A stretch of 64,000 bases of DNA, from assembly GCA_963765205.1 (NCBI GenBank), contig CAVXVB010000009.1, forward strand, positions 1,184,001-1,248,000, read 5' to 3'. Below the pieces are notes generated by a model. That model worked only from the letters and a program-made list of their open reading frames with translations. It was not told where the DNA came from and did no database searches. The DNA comes from an uncultured Verrucomicrobiae bacterium (lineage in GTDB: Bacteria > Verrucomicrobiota > Verrucomicrobiia > Opitutales > JABDGR01). The position numbers and the translations under genes are program-made. Positions 1 through 10,581 of this stretch are shown piece by piece (within the stretch, counting starts at the first letter, position 1; each line of letters starts with the position of its first letter).

Positions 1-566
1 CCGAAATTGACCACGTTGTCCGCGATGACGTGATGGTTGGTGAGGATATAGCCATCGGCGGAAATGATGCAACCCGAGCCAACGCCCATGACCCAATAGT
101 CGATGGAGTTGCCATCCGACCAGTCGGGCTTGTTGGGCGGAAGTTGCTGCGCTTGGGTGCCGCCGCCAAACCCACCGCCACCACCAAATCCCCCACCGCC
201 CCCGAATCCACCTCCGCCGGTGCCCGCGCCACCTCCCGTGCCCGCGCCACCACCACCAGTTCCGGCGCCTCCCCCGCGACGGCCATTGCCACGGCGGCCA
301 CCGGTGCCCGCGGGCGGCTGAATGGTGTCGGGATTAATTTTGCTCGAAGGATAGACGCCGACGACACCGGGCGTAACTTTGTCGAGCATGTCGGAGTAAC
401 TGGCGAGGAATCCTTGGTTGGTGCGGTCCAGGGCCGAGGTGTCGAAATTGTAGTTGATGGCGGCGGTTTTCGCCGGCGCCGAATTCTGGGCGGCCAATGT
501 CCCAGCCGCGGCGCCAAGACCGGCCAGCAAGCCAACCGTCAGAAAAATAATGTGCGTGCGTTTCAT
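1..566 (-). CDS. HtrA/DegP-family serine protease, N-terminal part (runs off window start)
   Basis: Hand translation of minus strand from ATG 566: signal peptide MKRTHIIFLTVGLLAGLGAAAG, then a Gly-rich tract and GVGSGCIISADGYILTNHHVI (trypsin-like catalytic His motif). Absent from the ORF track because it is truncated. Confidence 0.85.
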   Translation of the reverse strand, partial: MKRTHIIFLTVGLLAGLGAAAGTLAAQNSAPAKTAAINYNFDTSALDRTNQGFLASYSDMLDKVTPGVVGVYPSSKINPDTIQPPAGTGGRRGNGRRGGGAGTGGGGAGTGGGAGTGGGGFGGGGGFGGGGGFGGGTQAQQLPPNKPDWSDGNSIDYWVMGVGSGCIISADGYILTNHHVIADNVVNF

Positions 567-658
567 GGTGAGGCGATTTATGAGTTAATTGTAACCTACA
601 AACCTTGTAAAGACCAGTTTGTTCCAACGAAGCGTGGTCGTAACCTGCAAAATGAATG

Positions 659-1537
659 TCAGGTCTCCGCCGATTCCGGGCCGGTGCCGTGGGCTGGCCG
701 GGGATGAAAAATGAGCGCACTGGCGTAAAAACCCACCGACCAAAGCACGATGGTCGCGCCGGTGGGGGTGTTCCAATAATAAGATGAAATCAGGCCGCCG
801 ACCCCCGCCGCCAGCGCGAGACAAACCGCCCAGGCCAAGTATTGGCCCATATTGCGCGCCAGCAACCGCGCGGCCGCCGCCGGCAAAACCAGAAAGGCAT
901 TGATGAGGAGCAAGCCGATCCAGGGTATCACCATCGTGACGGCGATGGCGACGAGGACGGCAAAACCGGCTTGCACCCACGCCACGCGCACGCCGCGGCT
1001 GCCGGCCAGGGAGAGGTTCAGGCCGGTCAACGCCAACGCGTTGAACCAGCGCAGCGCGAGGAGGCCAGCGGCCACGAGCGCCACCGCCAGCCCGGCCAAG
1101 CCCTGGGCGGTAATGCTGAGCACATCGCCCACCAAGTAATTGAGCAATTGTTTCGTCTGGTTGTTATGCGACAAGAGCGCGATGCCCAACGCGACGGAAA
1201 AGGCCATGAACACGCCGAGCACCGTGTCCATCGCCGCACGGGAGCGCCGCTGAACATAAGTCATCAGCAAGGCGATGGCCACGGCCCAGGTGAGCATCGC
1301 CCACCACGGGTGGACCAGACCGGCGACGACCCCGATGCCCAAGCCTGCCAGCGCCGCGTGGCCGAGCGTGTCGGAAAAAAAGACCAGGCGCAGCCCGACC
1401 ACCTGCGTGCCGATAAGCGCGAACAACGGCGCCGCCAGCAACACCGCGAGCAACGCCTTGCGAATCCAGGGATACTGCGCCCACGCCCAGGGCAGCCCGC
1501 CGATGAGATGGTGCCAGAGATGCGAAAGAAAGGACAT
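659..1537 (-). CDS. znuB: Zn/Mn ABC transporter permease (ZnuB-like)
   Basis: Hydrophobic; FFSDTLGHAALAG, YLVGDVL, LVLPAAAARL and PTGATIV motifs of ABC-3 permeases. Confidence 0.9.
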   Translation of the reverse strand: MSFLSHLWHHLIGGLPWAWAQYPWIRKALLAVLLAAPLFALIGTQVVGLRLVFFSDTLGHAALAGLGIGVVAGLVHPWWAMLTWAVAIALLMTYVQRRSRAAMDTVLGVFMAFSVALGIALLSHNNQTKQLLNYLVGDVLSITAQGLAGLAVALVAAGLLALRWFNALALTGLNLSLAGSRGVRVAWVQAGFAVLVAIAVTMVIPWIGLLLINAFLVLPAAAARLLARNMGQYLAWAVCLALAAGVGGLISSYYWNTPTGATIVLWSVGFYASALIFHPRPAHGTGPESAET

Positions 1538-1591
1538 GAATAAAAATGCTATTCCGTGTTGTTTATTGCCTTGGATTTCAGATTTAAAATT

Positions 1592-2356
1592 TCAGATTTG
1601 AGATTTTCCGGAGCCGGCCGCCATCTTTTGCAGCACCTCCGCAGGCGGGCCGACGGCGAGGAGGCGGCGGTCCAGCAGGAACACCCGGTCGGCCACCCGC
1701 GCCACACCCGCCAGGTCGTGGGAAACCAGCACCACCGCCAGGTCGAAGCGCCCGCGCAGGCGCGCGACAACTTCATGGAATCGTTCAAGTCCCGCAGCGT
1801 CGAGGCCCTGTTGAGGCTCGTCGAGCAACAACAGATCCGGCTCGGGACACAAGGAAAGCGCCAGGAGCACGCGTTGCAATTCGCCGCCGGACAACTCGCC
1901 CAAGCGGCGGTCCCGCAAATGGCCGGCGTCCACTTCCTCCAACACGGCATGGGCCGCCGCACGGGCTTTGGCCGACAAACCGAAAAAAACCGGGCGGGTG
2001 CCCGCAGCGAGGGCAAACAGGTCGGCGACGGTGATCGGCGCGGCGCGGTCGAAGGCCAAACGCTGCGGGACATAGCCGATGACGAGCTGGCGCGCAGCAT
2101 GGCCCGGGCCGCCGTGAAAATGACAACTGCCCGTATAGGGCACCTCGCCCAGCAGGGCGCGCAGCAACGTCGTCTTGCCAGCGCCGTTGGGACCGACCAA
2201 GGCGGTGATTTCCCCGCAGTGCAAGTCAAATGTCAAGTCATCCAAGATCACCTGCCCGTCGAGGCGCACCCCCAAATGATCCACATGGGTGAGACAAGCA
2301 CCGCACGGGGCGTGCGGGGTGGGTGCGGAGGGAAAAGTTTCGGACAAAGTCGACAT
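1592..2356 (-). CDS. znuC: Zn/Mn ABC transporter ATP-binding protein (ZnuC-like)
   Basis: Walker A GPNGAGKT, GYVPQ, LSGGELQR, LLLLDEP, SHD. Confidence 0.9.
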   Translation of the reverse strand: MSTLSETFPSAPTPHAPCGACLTHVDHLGVRLDGQVILDDLTFDLHCGEITALVGPNGAGKTTLLRALLGEVPYTGSCHFHGGPGHAARQLVIGYVPQRLAFDRAAPITVADLFALAAGTRPVFFGLSAKARAAAHAVLEEVDAGHLRDRRLGELSGGELQRVLLALSLCPEPDLLLLDEPQQGLDAAGLERFHEVVARLRGRFDLAVVLVSHDLAGVARVADRVFLLDRRLLAVGPPAEVLQKMAAGSGKSQI

Positions 2357-2360
2357 GTCC

Positions 2361-3302
2361 CTAAGGTGGCGTGGGTGCCGTTTGCGGCAGTTTATCAAGA
2401 CCGAACGCTGTGCGCAACATCACAAGGTTTTTCTCCATGGCTTGCAAGTAGGCGTCTTTGGCCAGCACGGGGTCGAGCGGGCCGCCGGTGACGGTGTCGA
2501 GTTGGTAAAGCGGTTGGTGCAAATCGCGGCTGATAATTTCCGCCGCGGGGTTGGTGGAGTCAATTTCCGTGAGCAGGGCGACGGGGCCATGGGCGGAGCG
2601 CACGCGGGCCACCACGTTGGCCAGATCGCGGGGGCTGGGATTCTGGCCGGGCGCGGGTTCCATGACGGCGAGAATCTCCAGGCCCAGGTCGCGCGCAAGA
2701 TAGGGCATTGAATCATGAAAGGCGACAATCTGGTGAATAGGCGCGGTGGCGAGGCTCTCGCGCAGGCGGGCGGCGAGGGCTTCAAGTTTCACGGCGTAGG
2801 CCTCGCCGTTTTGTTGATAGAGCGCGGCATGGACGGGATCAGCCGCGGCCAGAGCCGTGGCAATGGCCCGGGTCTGCCGGGCCGCGAGGGCCGGAGACAC
2901 CCAAACGTGCGGATTAATTTCGCCGTCAATCGTGAGTAGTGGAATGTCCGCGCTGGCATTGACCACTTTCACCCGGGAGAACTGCGCGGCAACCTTGTCG
3001 AGATAGCCTTCCAGGCCAGCGCCGTTGACGATGAAGACGTTGGCCTCGGAGAGGGTCTGCAAATCCCCTGGCCGGAGTTGGTAGTCCTCCGGGCAGCCGG
3101 TGGTGGTTGGCACCATATTGGTGACGGCGACTCCGGGGGTCCCACCGATGACGTTCAAGGTCTCGACATAGATGGGATAAAACTCCGCCACGACGGTGAA
3201 CGCCGCGGGCGCGGGGCGGGTGACCCCGCACCCAGCCAAACCGGCCAGGGCGAAGATCAGGGCGGCCCGCGCCAGGCGCGCAGCGATGGGGCATTGCTTC
3301 AT
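2361..3302 (-). CDS. znuA: Metal ABC transporter substrate-binding lipoprotein (ZnuA/TroA family)
   Basis: Lipobox LAGC, NGAGLE, NPHVW, FHD; operon with permease and ATPase. Confidence 0.88.
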   Translation of the reverse strand: MKQCPIAARLARAALIFALAGLAGCGVTRPAPAAFTVVAEFYPIYVETLNVIGGTPGVAVTNMVPTTTGCPEDYQLRPGDLQTLSEANVFIVNGAGLEGYLDKVAAQFSRVKVVNASADIPLLTIDGEINPHVWVSPALAARQTRAIATALAAADPVHAALYQQNGEAYAVKLEALAARLRESLATAPIHQIVAFHDSMPYLARDLGLEILAVMEPAPGQNPSPRDLANVVARVRSAHGPVALLTEIDSTNPAAEIISRDLHQPLYQLDTVTGGPLDPVLAKDAYLQAMEKNLVMLRTAFGLDKLPQTAPTPP

Positions 3303-3319
3303 TCCGCAACTATCCAGCA

Positions 3320-3338
3320 AATGCAAAATAGTTGCAAT
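3320..3338. promoter_or_regulatory. Putative Zur/Fur-family operator
   Basis: Palindrome AATGCAAAATAGTTGCAAT (TGCAA-N5-TTGCA) 18 nt upstream of the metal ABC operon start. Confidence 0.55.
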
Positions 3339-3347
3339 AATAAAAAA

Positions 3348-4476
3348 TCAGGCCCCGCCAGCCGGCGGCGCGGGCAGGGTGACAGCGAAAACACTGCCCG
3401 GGCCGGGGTTGCTGCGCGCGGCCAGGGTGCCCCCGGCACGGTCCAGCAGTTCGCGGCAGAGGACAAGACCGAGGCCCGTGCCGAGTTCGCCGGTGGATAC
3501 CCGGCTGGCTGACCGGTTTGGCGCCAGGGGTAAACAGGCTTTCGAGCAGCGCGGGCGGGAGGCCTGCGCCGGTATCGCTCACCTCCCCCACCGTCTTTCC
3601 GCCATGCACAGCACAGCGCAGGGTGACGAGGCCTCCAGACGGGGTGAACTTGAGGGCGTTGGAGAGCAGGTTGCGGAAAACCGTGAGCATCATGCGGCGA
3701 TCGCCCCAAGCTGCGGCGGGCTGGAGTTCAAGGCACAGTTTCACCCCTTTCTGTTGCGCGGCCTGGTTGAATAATTCGGCCAATTCACGGAGCAAAGCCG
3801 GCAGATCCAACAATTCCGGGCGAAACTCCATGCGGCCGGTCTGCAACTGCGACCACTCCAGGAGATTTTCCAGCAGTTGGTAAAGATTGCGGGCCGACTT
3901 GGCCATTTCCCCGGCGGAGCCGGCCACCTCGGCGGGGGAAAACTCGGCCAAGTGTGCGGCGAGGGTTTCGGACAGGCCGAGCAGGCCCGCCAGCGGACTG
4001 CGCAGGTCGTGGGCGATGATGGAGTAGAAGCGGTCTTTATCCGCATTAAGCCGCGCAAGGTCGGCGGCCTGTTGTTCGGCGCGCCGGGTCGCGTGGCGCA
4101 GGGCCAGTTGGGTGCGGACGCGGGCGATCAGTTCAGTCGGGCGGAAGGGTTTGGCTATATAGTCCTGCGCTCCTTCGCGGAATCCCCGCACAATATTTTC
4201 TTCTTCGGTAAGCGCAGTGATGAAAAGAATGGGCAAATCACGGGTGGCGGGGTCCGCCCGGAGGCGGCGGCAGACTTCGAAGCCGTCCATCTCCGGCATC
4301 ATGACATCAAGCAGAATGAGGTCAGGCCGGCGTTGCGTAATGAATTGCAGGGCCTGTGCACCACGGGTGGCGGCGGCCACCGCCCAGCCTTCGGCGTGCA
4401 GCAGCGGGCCGAGCACACGCAGATTGGCCTCGGTATCATCCACGAGGAGAATGTAGGGTTTGCCGGATTGTGGCAT
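3348..4476 (-). CDS. Hybrid response regulator / histidine kinase (REC-HisKA-HATPase); 1-nt frameshift near 3497
   Basis: LLVDD, LILLDVMMP, AHDLRSPL, NLLSNALKFT. The G2 box GTGLGL and C-terminus ...GSVFAVTLP...GA* (stop 3348-3350) lie in an adjacent frame after GGTATCCACC. Confidence 0.85.
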
Positions 4477-4496
4477 CGAAATTGAAGTCCGGGCTC

Positions 4497-6985
4497 TCAT
4501 CGCCCCGCATGCGGCGCAAGGGCACCCCGGGCGGCAGCCGGCCCGCGACGCAATTTAGCCGCCAATTGGGGGAATTCACGCAGCGAAAGCGCCATTTCCT
4601 CGACCTCGAAATCGCGGGCCTGTTCGGAAAGACGGCGGCCATAATTGCGCAAGATTTCAGGCGTGTTATCACCGGAGGCGTTCAAAAGGAGGTCGGCGAA
4701 CTGCTCAACATCGGCAAACAGGGGCGCTTGCAAGAGCGTTGTCCAAGTCAACATCCAAGGACCGGCGGCCTGGTCGGCGCAATGCTGCCAGGCGATGGCA
4801 GCGGCAGGCGTAAGGGGTTTTTCCTCGCGCAGTGCAGTCGGGCCGGGATGCACCACGGACTCGGCGAGGGCCGGGAGGAGTGGGAAATCCGGCTCCTGGG
4901 GTGCAGGATCGTGGAGCACATTGGGCAGCGTTAGGCGGAACACGCTGCCGGCATCCAACTCACTGGAGGCCAGCAAGGAGCCACCCATCAGTTCGGCGAG
5001 ACGGCGGCTAATGCTCAGACCCAAGCCGGTGCCACCATATTTACGGGTGCTTTGGCCAACCCGCTGCTCGAAGGGAATAAAGAGGCGGGCCAATTGCTCA
5101 CAAGGAATGCCGACGCCGGTGTCGCGCACCTCGAAATGGAGCCGACTGCGCCCGGGCGCATCAGCCTCGGCCTCGACCGTGAGCACCACATGGCCGCGCT
5201 CGGTAAATTTCAAGGCGTTACCGATGAGGTTGAATAAAATCTGGCGCACGCGCACTTCGTCCAGATGGAACAATCCGCTCGTCGGCCCTTGAAATTGGGT
5301 GACGATGGCGAGGCCTTTCTCCTCGGCTTTCAGGGAAAAGAACTGGCGCATTTCCGCCGCGAGCACCCGCACGTCCACCTGGCCGGGCTGGAGTTCGAGG
5401 CGGCCGGCTTCGACTTTGGACAAATCGAGGAGATCATTGATCAGTTGCAGCAAGGTCTGCCCGCTGGAAAAAATGGCGAGGGCTTGTTTTTTCATGGCGG
5501 GATCCCGCAGATGACGCTGGAGCAGCTCTGCAAAGCCGAGAATGGAATTCATCGGCGTGCGGATTTCGTGCGAGATGTTGGCGAGAAACTCTGATTTGGC
5601 GCGGTTGGCCTGTTCCGCGGCGATCTTCGACGCCACCATTTGCACCTCCGCCTGCTTGCGCTCGGTGACGTCGACGGCTATGCCGAGGAAGCCGCGCGCG
5701 TGCCCATGCACCGGCTGCAGCGGCGTCACGGAGAGAAAGACGGGCAGGCGGGAGCCGTCGCGGCGAAGATACGTCCATTCGCGTTCATCGGCGTGGCCGC
5801 GGCGTGGCAGGGCCACGAAGGTTTCAAAGCCCGCGATAGGCTGACCCATCTCGGTGGAGAGTTCGTGGGCGCGGGCGGCGACTTCGGCGGGGTCGTGCAA
5901 AAACTCGGACGTGCGGCCCAGCAATTCTTTTTCTGTGTAGCCGAGCAGGCGTTCGGAGCCGCGGTTCACACTGGTGATGATGCCGGCGTCATCTGTGACA
6001 ATAATGGAGAAGTTGGAGCCGTCGAGGACGGCTTGCTGGAACGAGGACAATTCGGCGGAGGCGCGGAGGTTGCGCCGACGTTGCGCGGCCACGGCGCCCA
6101 GCACCATCGCCGTGCCAGCGGCGCAAACAATGAAAATCTGCAGTACAATGAGTAATTCCGAATGCTTGGCGTCTTCGCCAGCCAGGCCAAATGGCATGTA
6201 ACCCTCCATGACACAGGCCAGCGCCGACAGCACGACGACCACGATGGCCGTGGTCAGGGCGCGGGCCTCCAGCCGCAATCCGGCCCAGACCAGCAGCGGA
6301 AACGGCAGGAAGCTCAGAGGCAATTGGGACAAAAAGTCGGCCACGGTCGCCACCACCAGCAACAGATAGAGCAGGAGGGTTTCGCCCCACGAGGCCTCGC
6401 CTTCCCCGGTAGTCGAAGGTTGCGCCCAATTGAGAACAAACGACCCAAAAACGGCGACGCCCATGGCGATGCCGACAAAATTGGTCGTCCATTCGAGCGG
6501 GAATTCGGCCGCGCTAATTTTGCCCAGCAAAAAAGCCGGCCCACGCTCCAGGTCGAAAGCAGGACGGCCCGCACCACCCCACCCCACCAGAGAAAACCCA
6601 ACACACTGCGGATGGAACCAAAATCAATGCGCCGCCCCACATAATGCCGCACCAGCCAGACGCCCGCCAGGCTGATGAGGGTGCCGCCGGACGCGAGAAT
6701 GAGCGCTTCGAGCAAATCATGGGTGAGATGGTATTGCGACAAAACCCCCGTAACCCACATCGCGGGCCAAAACCGGTAGCCGCGCCACAGGATGATTGCC
6801 AGCGCGACGCCCGCGCCCGGCCGCACCGGGGTGACATTGTTGTTGATGCGGTCGGTCGCAAAAATCAGGCCAATTTGCTGGAGGGCGTAAAACAGCGCAA
6901 CATAGGCGAGCACTTCACTGACGTAACGAACCCCGGATGGCAACCTGGCCCACTGGAACTTGAGCGATGACGCTTGTGCCTGCAT
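4497..6985 (-). CDS. Membrane sensor histidine kinase (MASE1-PAS-HisKA-HATPase); frameshift at A6 run ~6529-6534
   Basis: ORF 6314-6994 (MASE1-like TM start) and ORF 4497-6587 (TMs, [28 protein letters not shown]) join in frame if one base is added in the homopolymer. Confidence 0.85.
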
Positions 6986-7099
6986 GGGGGCCAACCTTAG
7001 CAGGGAATGACGATCCTCTGCACGCCCAAAATTTTCCCGGTCGCCACCTGCACATCCCGCTTGTCAATCGCTCATTAGAATGATTAGGCTGAGTGGTTG

Positions 7100-8680
7100 A
7101 TGCCCGACCCAACCGCGCCTTTGTTTCCCTGGCTGCAAGAACGCGCCGCCGGGATTTTGCTCCATCCCACGGCCTTGCCGGGGCCGTTCGGCATCGGCAA
7201 TCTGGGCGCGCCGGCCCGCCGCTTCATTGATTTCCTGGCCGACACGCACACGCGCTACTGGCAAATCTGCCCGCTGGGGCCCACGGGCTTCGGCGATTCG
7301 CCGTACCAGTGTTTTTCGGCCTTTGCAGGCAACGCCTATTTGGTGGACTTAACTCCTTTGATTGAACGGCATTTGCTGACGGAAGAGGAGGTCGCGCCGC
7401 TGCGGTCCTTGCCCCATGCACATGCGGATTTCGGGCGACTCTATCCGCTGTTCTGGCCGATGCTGCGGAAGGCCTACGAGCGCTTCCAACTCGCGCGCGA
7501 CGTGCTGGCCGACTACGGCGACTTCGACCAGTTTTGCGCAGAGCGGCATGGCTGGCTGCATCCGTATGCGCTGTTTTCCGCACTCAAGCAGCATTTTGGC
7601 GGCCAGCCCTGGCAGGCGTGGCCGGCGGAATGGCGCAGCTATCGCGCGGCACTCAGCCGCCCGTTAACCCGGGAAATTGCCGACAACGTGGGCGCGCAGC
7701 AGTTTTTCCAGTTTTTGTTTTATGCCCAATGGGGGAAGTTGCGCGAGTATGCGGCACGGCGGGGCGTGGGCATCATCGGCGATATTCCCATCTTCGTCGC
7801 CCTCGACAGCGCGGATGTGTGGGCCACGCCGGAGATTTTCCAACTCGACCACCGCACGGGACGGCCGCTGCGCGTGGCGGCGGTGCCGCCGGATTATTTT
7901 TCGCCGCTTGGCCAGCTCTGGGGCAACCCGCTCTACGACTGGCAGGCCCTGCGCGCGCGGCATTATGACTGGTGGATGGACCGGTTCCGCGTGAATTTCG
8001 AATTGTATGACGTGCTGCGGCTGGACCACTTCCGCGGTTTCGAGGCGTATTGGTCGGTGGATGCCGCCGCGGCGGACGCCCGCGAGGGTTTTTGGGAAAA
8101 CGGCCCGGGCTTGCCGTTCTTTACCGAGTTGCGCGAAAAAGTCCCGGAAGCCCGCATCATCGCGGAAGACCTCGGTTTCGTCACCGAGCCGGTCATCGCC
8201 CTGCGCGAGGCGACGGGGCTGCCGGGCATGGCGGTGCTGCAATTCGCCTTCGGCAGCGGCTCCGATAATTTTTATTTGCCACACAATGTTAATCCGAATT
8301 GCGTGATTTATTCAGGCACGCACGACAACGACACGACGGTGGGTTGGTATCGAGCCGCCGGGCCGGAAATCCAGGACGAATTCCGGCGTTACCTGCGTTC
8401 GAGTGGCGAAGCGCCGCAGTGGGACTTGATTCACGCGGCCTACAAATCGGTTTGCCGCCTGGCGGTCGCGCCCTTGCAGGATATTTTCGGACTGGGTTCC
8501 AGCGCGCGTTTCAACCTCCCCGGCACGTCCACGGGTAACTGGCAATGGCGCTTCGAGGACGCACAGTTGAACCACGCCTGGGACACACTGGCGGGTTATC
8601 TGCGGGAATTGTCGGACAATTCCGGACGACAGCCACCGCGGCCGGAACTGGCTTACCGCGTCAAGAATTCCGTGATTTGA
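7100..8680 (+). CDS. malQ: 4-alpha-glucanotransferase (amylomaltase, GH77)
   Basis: GILLHPTALP, SPYQCFSAFAGN, GQLWGNP, RLDHFRG, IAEDLG, GTHDNDT. Confidence 0.95.
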   Translation: MPDPTAPLFPWLQERAAGILLHPTALPGPFGIGNLGAPARRFIDFLADTHTRYWQICPLGPTGFGDSPYQCFSAFAGNAYLVDLTPLIERHLLTEEEVAPLRSLPHAHADFGRLYPLFWPMLRKAYERFQLARDVLADYGDFDQFCAERHGWLHPYALFSALKQHFGGQPWQAWPAEWRSYRAALSRPLTREIADNVGAQQFFQFLFYAQWGKLREYAARRGVGIIGDIPIFVALDSADVWATPEIFQLDHRTGRPLRVAAVPPDYFSPLGQLWGNPLYDWQALRARHYDWWMDRFRVNFELYDVLRLDHFRGFEAYWSVDAAAADAREGFWENGPGLPFFTELREKVPEARIIAEDLGFVTEPVIALREATGLPGMAVLQFAFGSGSDNFYLPHNVNPNCVIYSGTHDNDTTVGWYRAAGPEIQDEFRRYLRSSGEAPQWDLIHAAYKSVCRLAVAPLQDIFGLGSSARFNLPGTSTGNWQWRFEDAQLNHAWDTLAGYLRELSDNSGRQPPRPELAYRVKNSVI

Positions 8681-9537
8681 GGGATGAGTTTCGCACCCGC
8701 GTCTTCGAGCAGGTAGTGGCCGGCCTCCGGAAATTCGCGCACCAGCGCCGCGGGAAAACGCCGCCGCCATTCCGCCAGATAGACGGGTGAAAAGCAAAAA
8801 TCGCGCAGGCCCCAGGCCAGGAGCAGCGGCTTGCCGCGCAGTTTTTCCAAATCCGTTTCAGTGGCGCGCAAGGTGGGCAAGCTTGGGTGCCCCGGCTCCA
8901 ACGGAATGTCCTCCACGAATCGCAGTACTGCGACGCGACTGCGCCAGGAGCGATAAGGAAACAAAAAACCGCGTTTGACTGCGGGGGCCAACGGTCGCGC
9001 CACCGCCATACACGCGGCCGGTCCGGCGAAGCCATTCAAGCCGCGCACGAGCAGCGGGCCCAAAATCGGTGCGCGGCAAAGTCGAATGCGCAAGGGACAC
9101 GGGCCGGAAAACGCGGCGGTGTTCATCACCACGAGTTTCCCCACCCGGTCCGCCAGGCGCTCAGCGACCGCGAGGCCGATCGGGCCACCCCAGTCATGCA
9201 CGATGAAATACAGTTTGGGCTGGGTGACCGTGGCGGCAAGACCAGCGAGGTTTTCAATGTGGTCGCGCAACCGATACGAATAGTTTTGTGGCTTATCCGA
9301 TAATCCGCAGCCGAGATGGTCAATCGCCAGCACGCGAAATTTCGGCGCGAGGGCCTTAATTACATCGCGATACATGAACGACCACGTCGGGTTGCCGTGG
9401 ACGCAGATGACGGCGGTGTCCATGTCGCGCGGGCCTTCGTCCACATAGTGCAACCGGCCGGCGGGCGTTTCCAGCCAGTGGGGCGCGAAGGGGTAAAGCG
9501 CGCGCACGTCGGGCGGCAGTTCGGCGGCGGTGGTCAT
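8653..9537 (-). CDS. oleB: OleB beta-lactone decarboxylase (haloalkane dehalogenase-like alpha/beta hydrolase)
   Basis: HYVDEG, HGNPTWSF, HDWGG, AGHYLLED; directly downstream of oleA. Confidence 0.82.
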   Translation of the reverse strand: MTTAAELPPDVRALYPFAPHWLETPAGRLHYVDEGPRDMDTAVICVHGNPTWSFMYRDVIKALAPKFRVLAIDHLGCGLSDKPQNYSYRLRDHIENLAGLAATVTQPKLYFIVHDWGGPIGLAVAERLADRVGKLVVMNTAAFSGPCPLRIRLCRAPILGPLLVRGLNGFAGPAACMAVARPLAPAVKRGFLFPYRSWRSRVAVLRFVEDIPLEPGHPSLPTLRATETDLEKLRGKPLLLAWGLRDFCFSPVYLAEWRRRFPAALVREFPEAGHYLLEDAGAKLIPQITEFLTR

Positions 9538-9549
9538 CGCGGGAAGAAA

Positions 9550-10581
9550 TTAAGCCTGCAGCGCCATCATCTGGCAACTCAGGCCGCTGCCGATGCCCAG
9601 CAGGGCGATTTTGGCGCCGGGGCGCAGGCGGCCTTCCTCGGCGGCGCGCGCGAGGGTGATGGGCAGGGAGACGGAGCCGACGTTGCCGAGCCAGGCAAAC
9701 GTAGAAAAATCCTTGGCGTCGTCGAGACCGAGGCGGTCGAACAACCGCCGCTGGTGCTGTTTGCCGACTTGGTGGCAGATGACGATGTCCGGCGTTTTCT
9801 CATCCCAGCCGGTTTCCGCCTTGAAACGCACCCAGCAGCGCGCGGCGACTTCCACGCCCGCTTCGAGCAACGCTTCGCTGTCGGTCTGCATGTCGAGGCC
9901 GCCGCCGGCGGTGTCGCCCTCGCAGAGATTGCTGGCCGAAGTGTCGGTTTCCACGACGCTGGCGAGGAGGCGCAGCGCGTTCGGCGGCGCGACATTTTTA
10001 TGCACCACCAGCGCGGCAACCGCACCCGCGCCAATGGTGAGGTTGGCGAAGTAGGGCTTGATCTGCTGGCGGTCGAGCGTGCCGTCGTTGAGGCGCGCGA
10101 GCGTGCGCTCGACGAGGGGCCGACCGTTTTCCCCGGCCACGAGCAGCGCGCGGCGCACCTGGCCGCCGTCAATCATCGAGGCGGCGACGGCGAGGCCGTT
10201 CACAAAACCGAGACACGCGTTCGACAAATCGAAAATCTGCGTGTGCGGCCCGAGGCCGAGCAACTGGTGCGCGTAGGCCGCCGTCGCCGGCTCGAGCCGG
10301 TCGCGGCAGACGGCGCAATGCGCGAGCAAATCAATTTCACGCGGGTCAATTTTAGTCTGCTCGAGCAACTTTTTTCCGGCGGCGGCAGAAGCTTGTGACG
10401 GCGCAAAATTTGCGGGCCAGAATCGCCGTTCGCGGATGCCGGTCATCAATTCGAGGCGGCCTTCCGGCAGGCGCAGGCGCTGGTAGAGCGGCGCGAGCTT
10501 CGCTTCGAGCGCGGCGGATGTCCACGTCTCCGGCGGCAGCGCGTAGGCGAGTGCCGCGAGGGCGGCAGAAGAAAATTTCAT
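9550..10581 (-). CDS. oleA: OleA acyl-CoA condensing enzyme (FabH-like thiolase)
   Basis: MTGIRERRFW, RDRLEPATA (OleA catalytic Glu region), NACLGF (Cys), CHQVG (His), GNVGS, GIGSGL. Confidence 0.88.
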   Translation of the reverse strand: MKFSSAALAALAYALPPETWTSAALEAKLAPLYQRLRLPEGRLELMTGIRERRFWPANFAPSQASAAAGKKLLEQTKIDPREIDLLAHCAVCRDRLEPATAAYAHQLLGLGPHTQIFDLSNACLGFVNGLAVAASMIDGGQVRRALLVAGENGRPLVERTLARLNDGTLDRQQIKPYFANLTIGAGAVAALVVHKNVAPPNALRLLASVVETDTSASNLCEGDTAGGGLDMQTDSEALLEAGVEVAARCWVRFKAETGWDEKTPDIVICHQVGKQHQRRLFDRLGLDDAKDFSTFAWLGNVGSVSLPITLARAAEEGRLRPGAKIALLGIGSGLSCQMMALQA

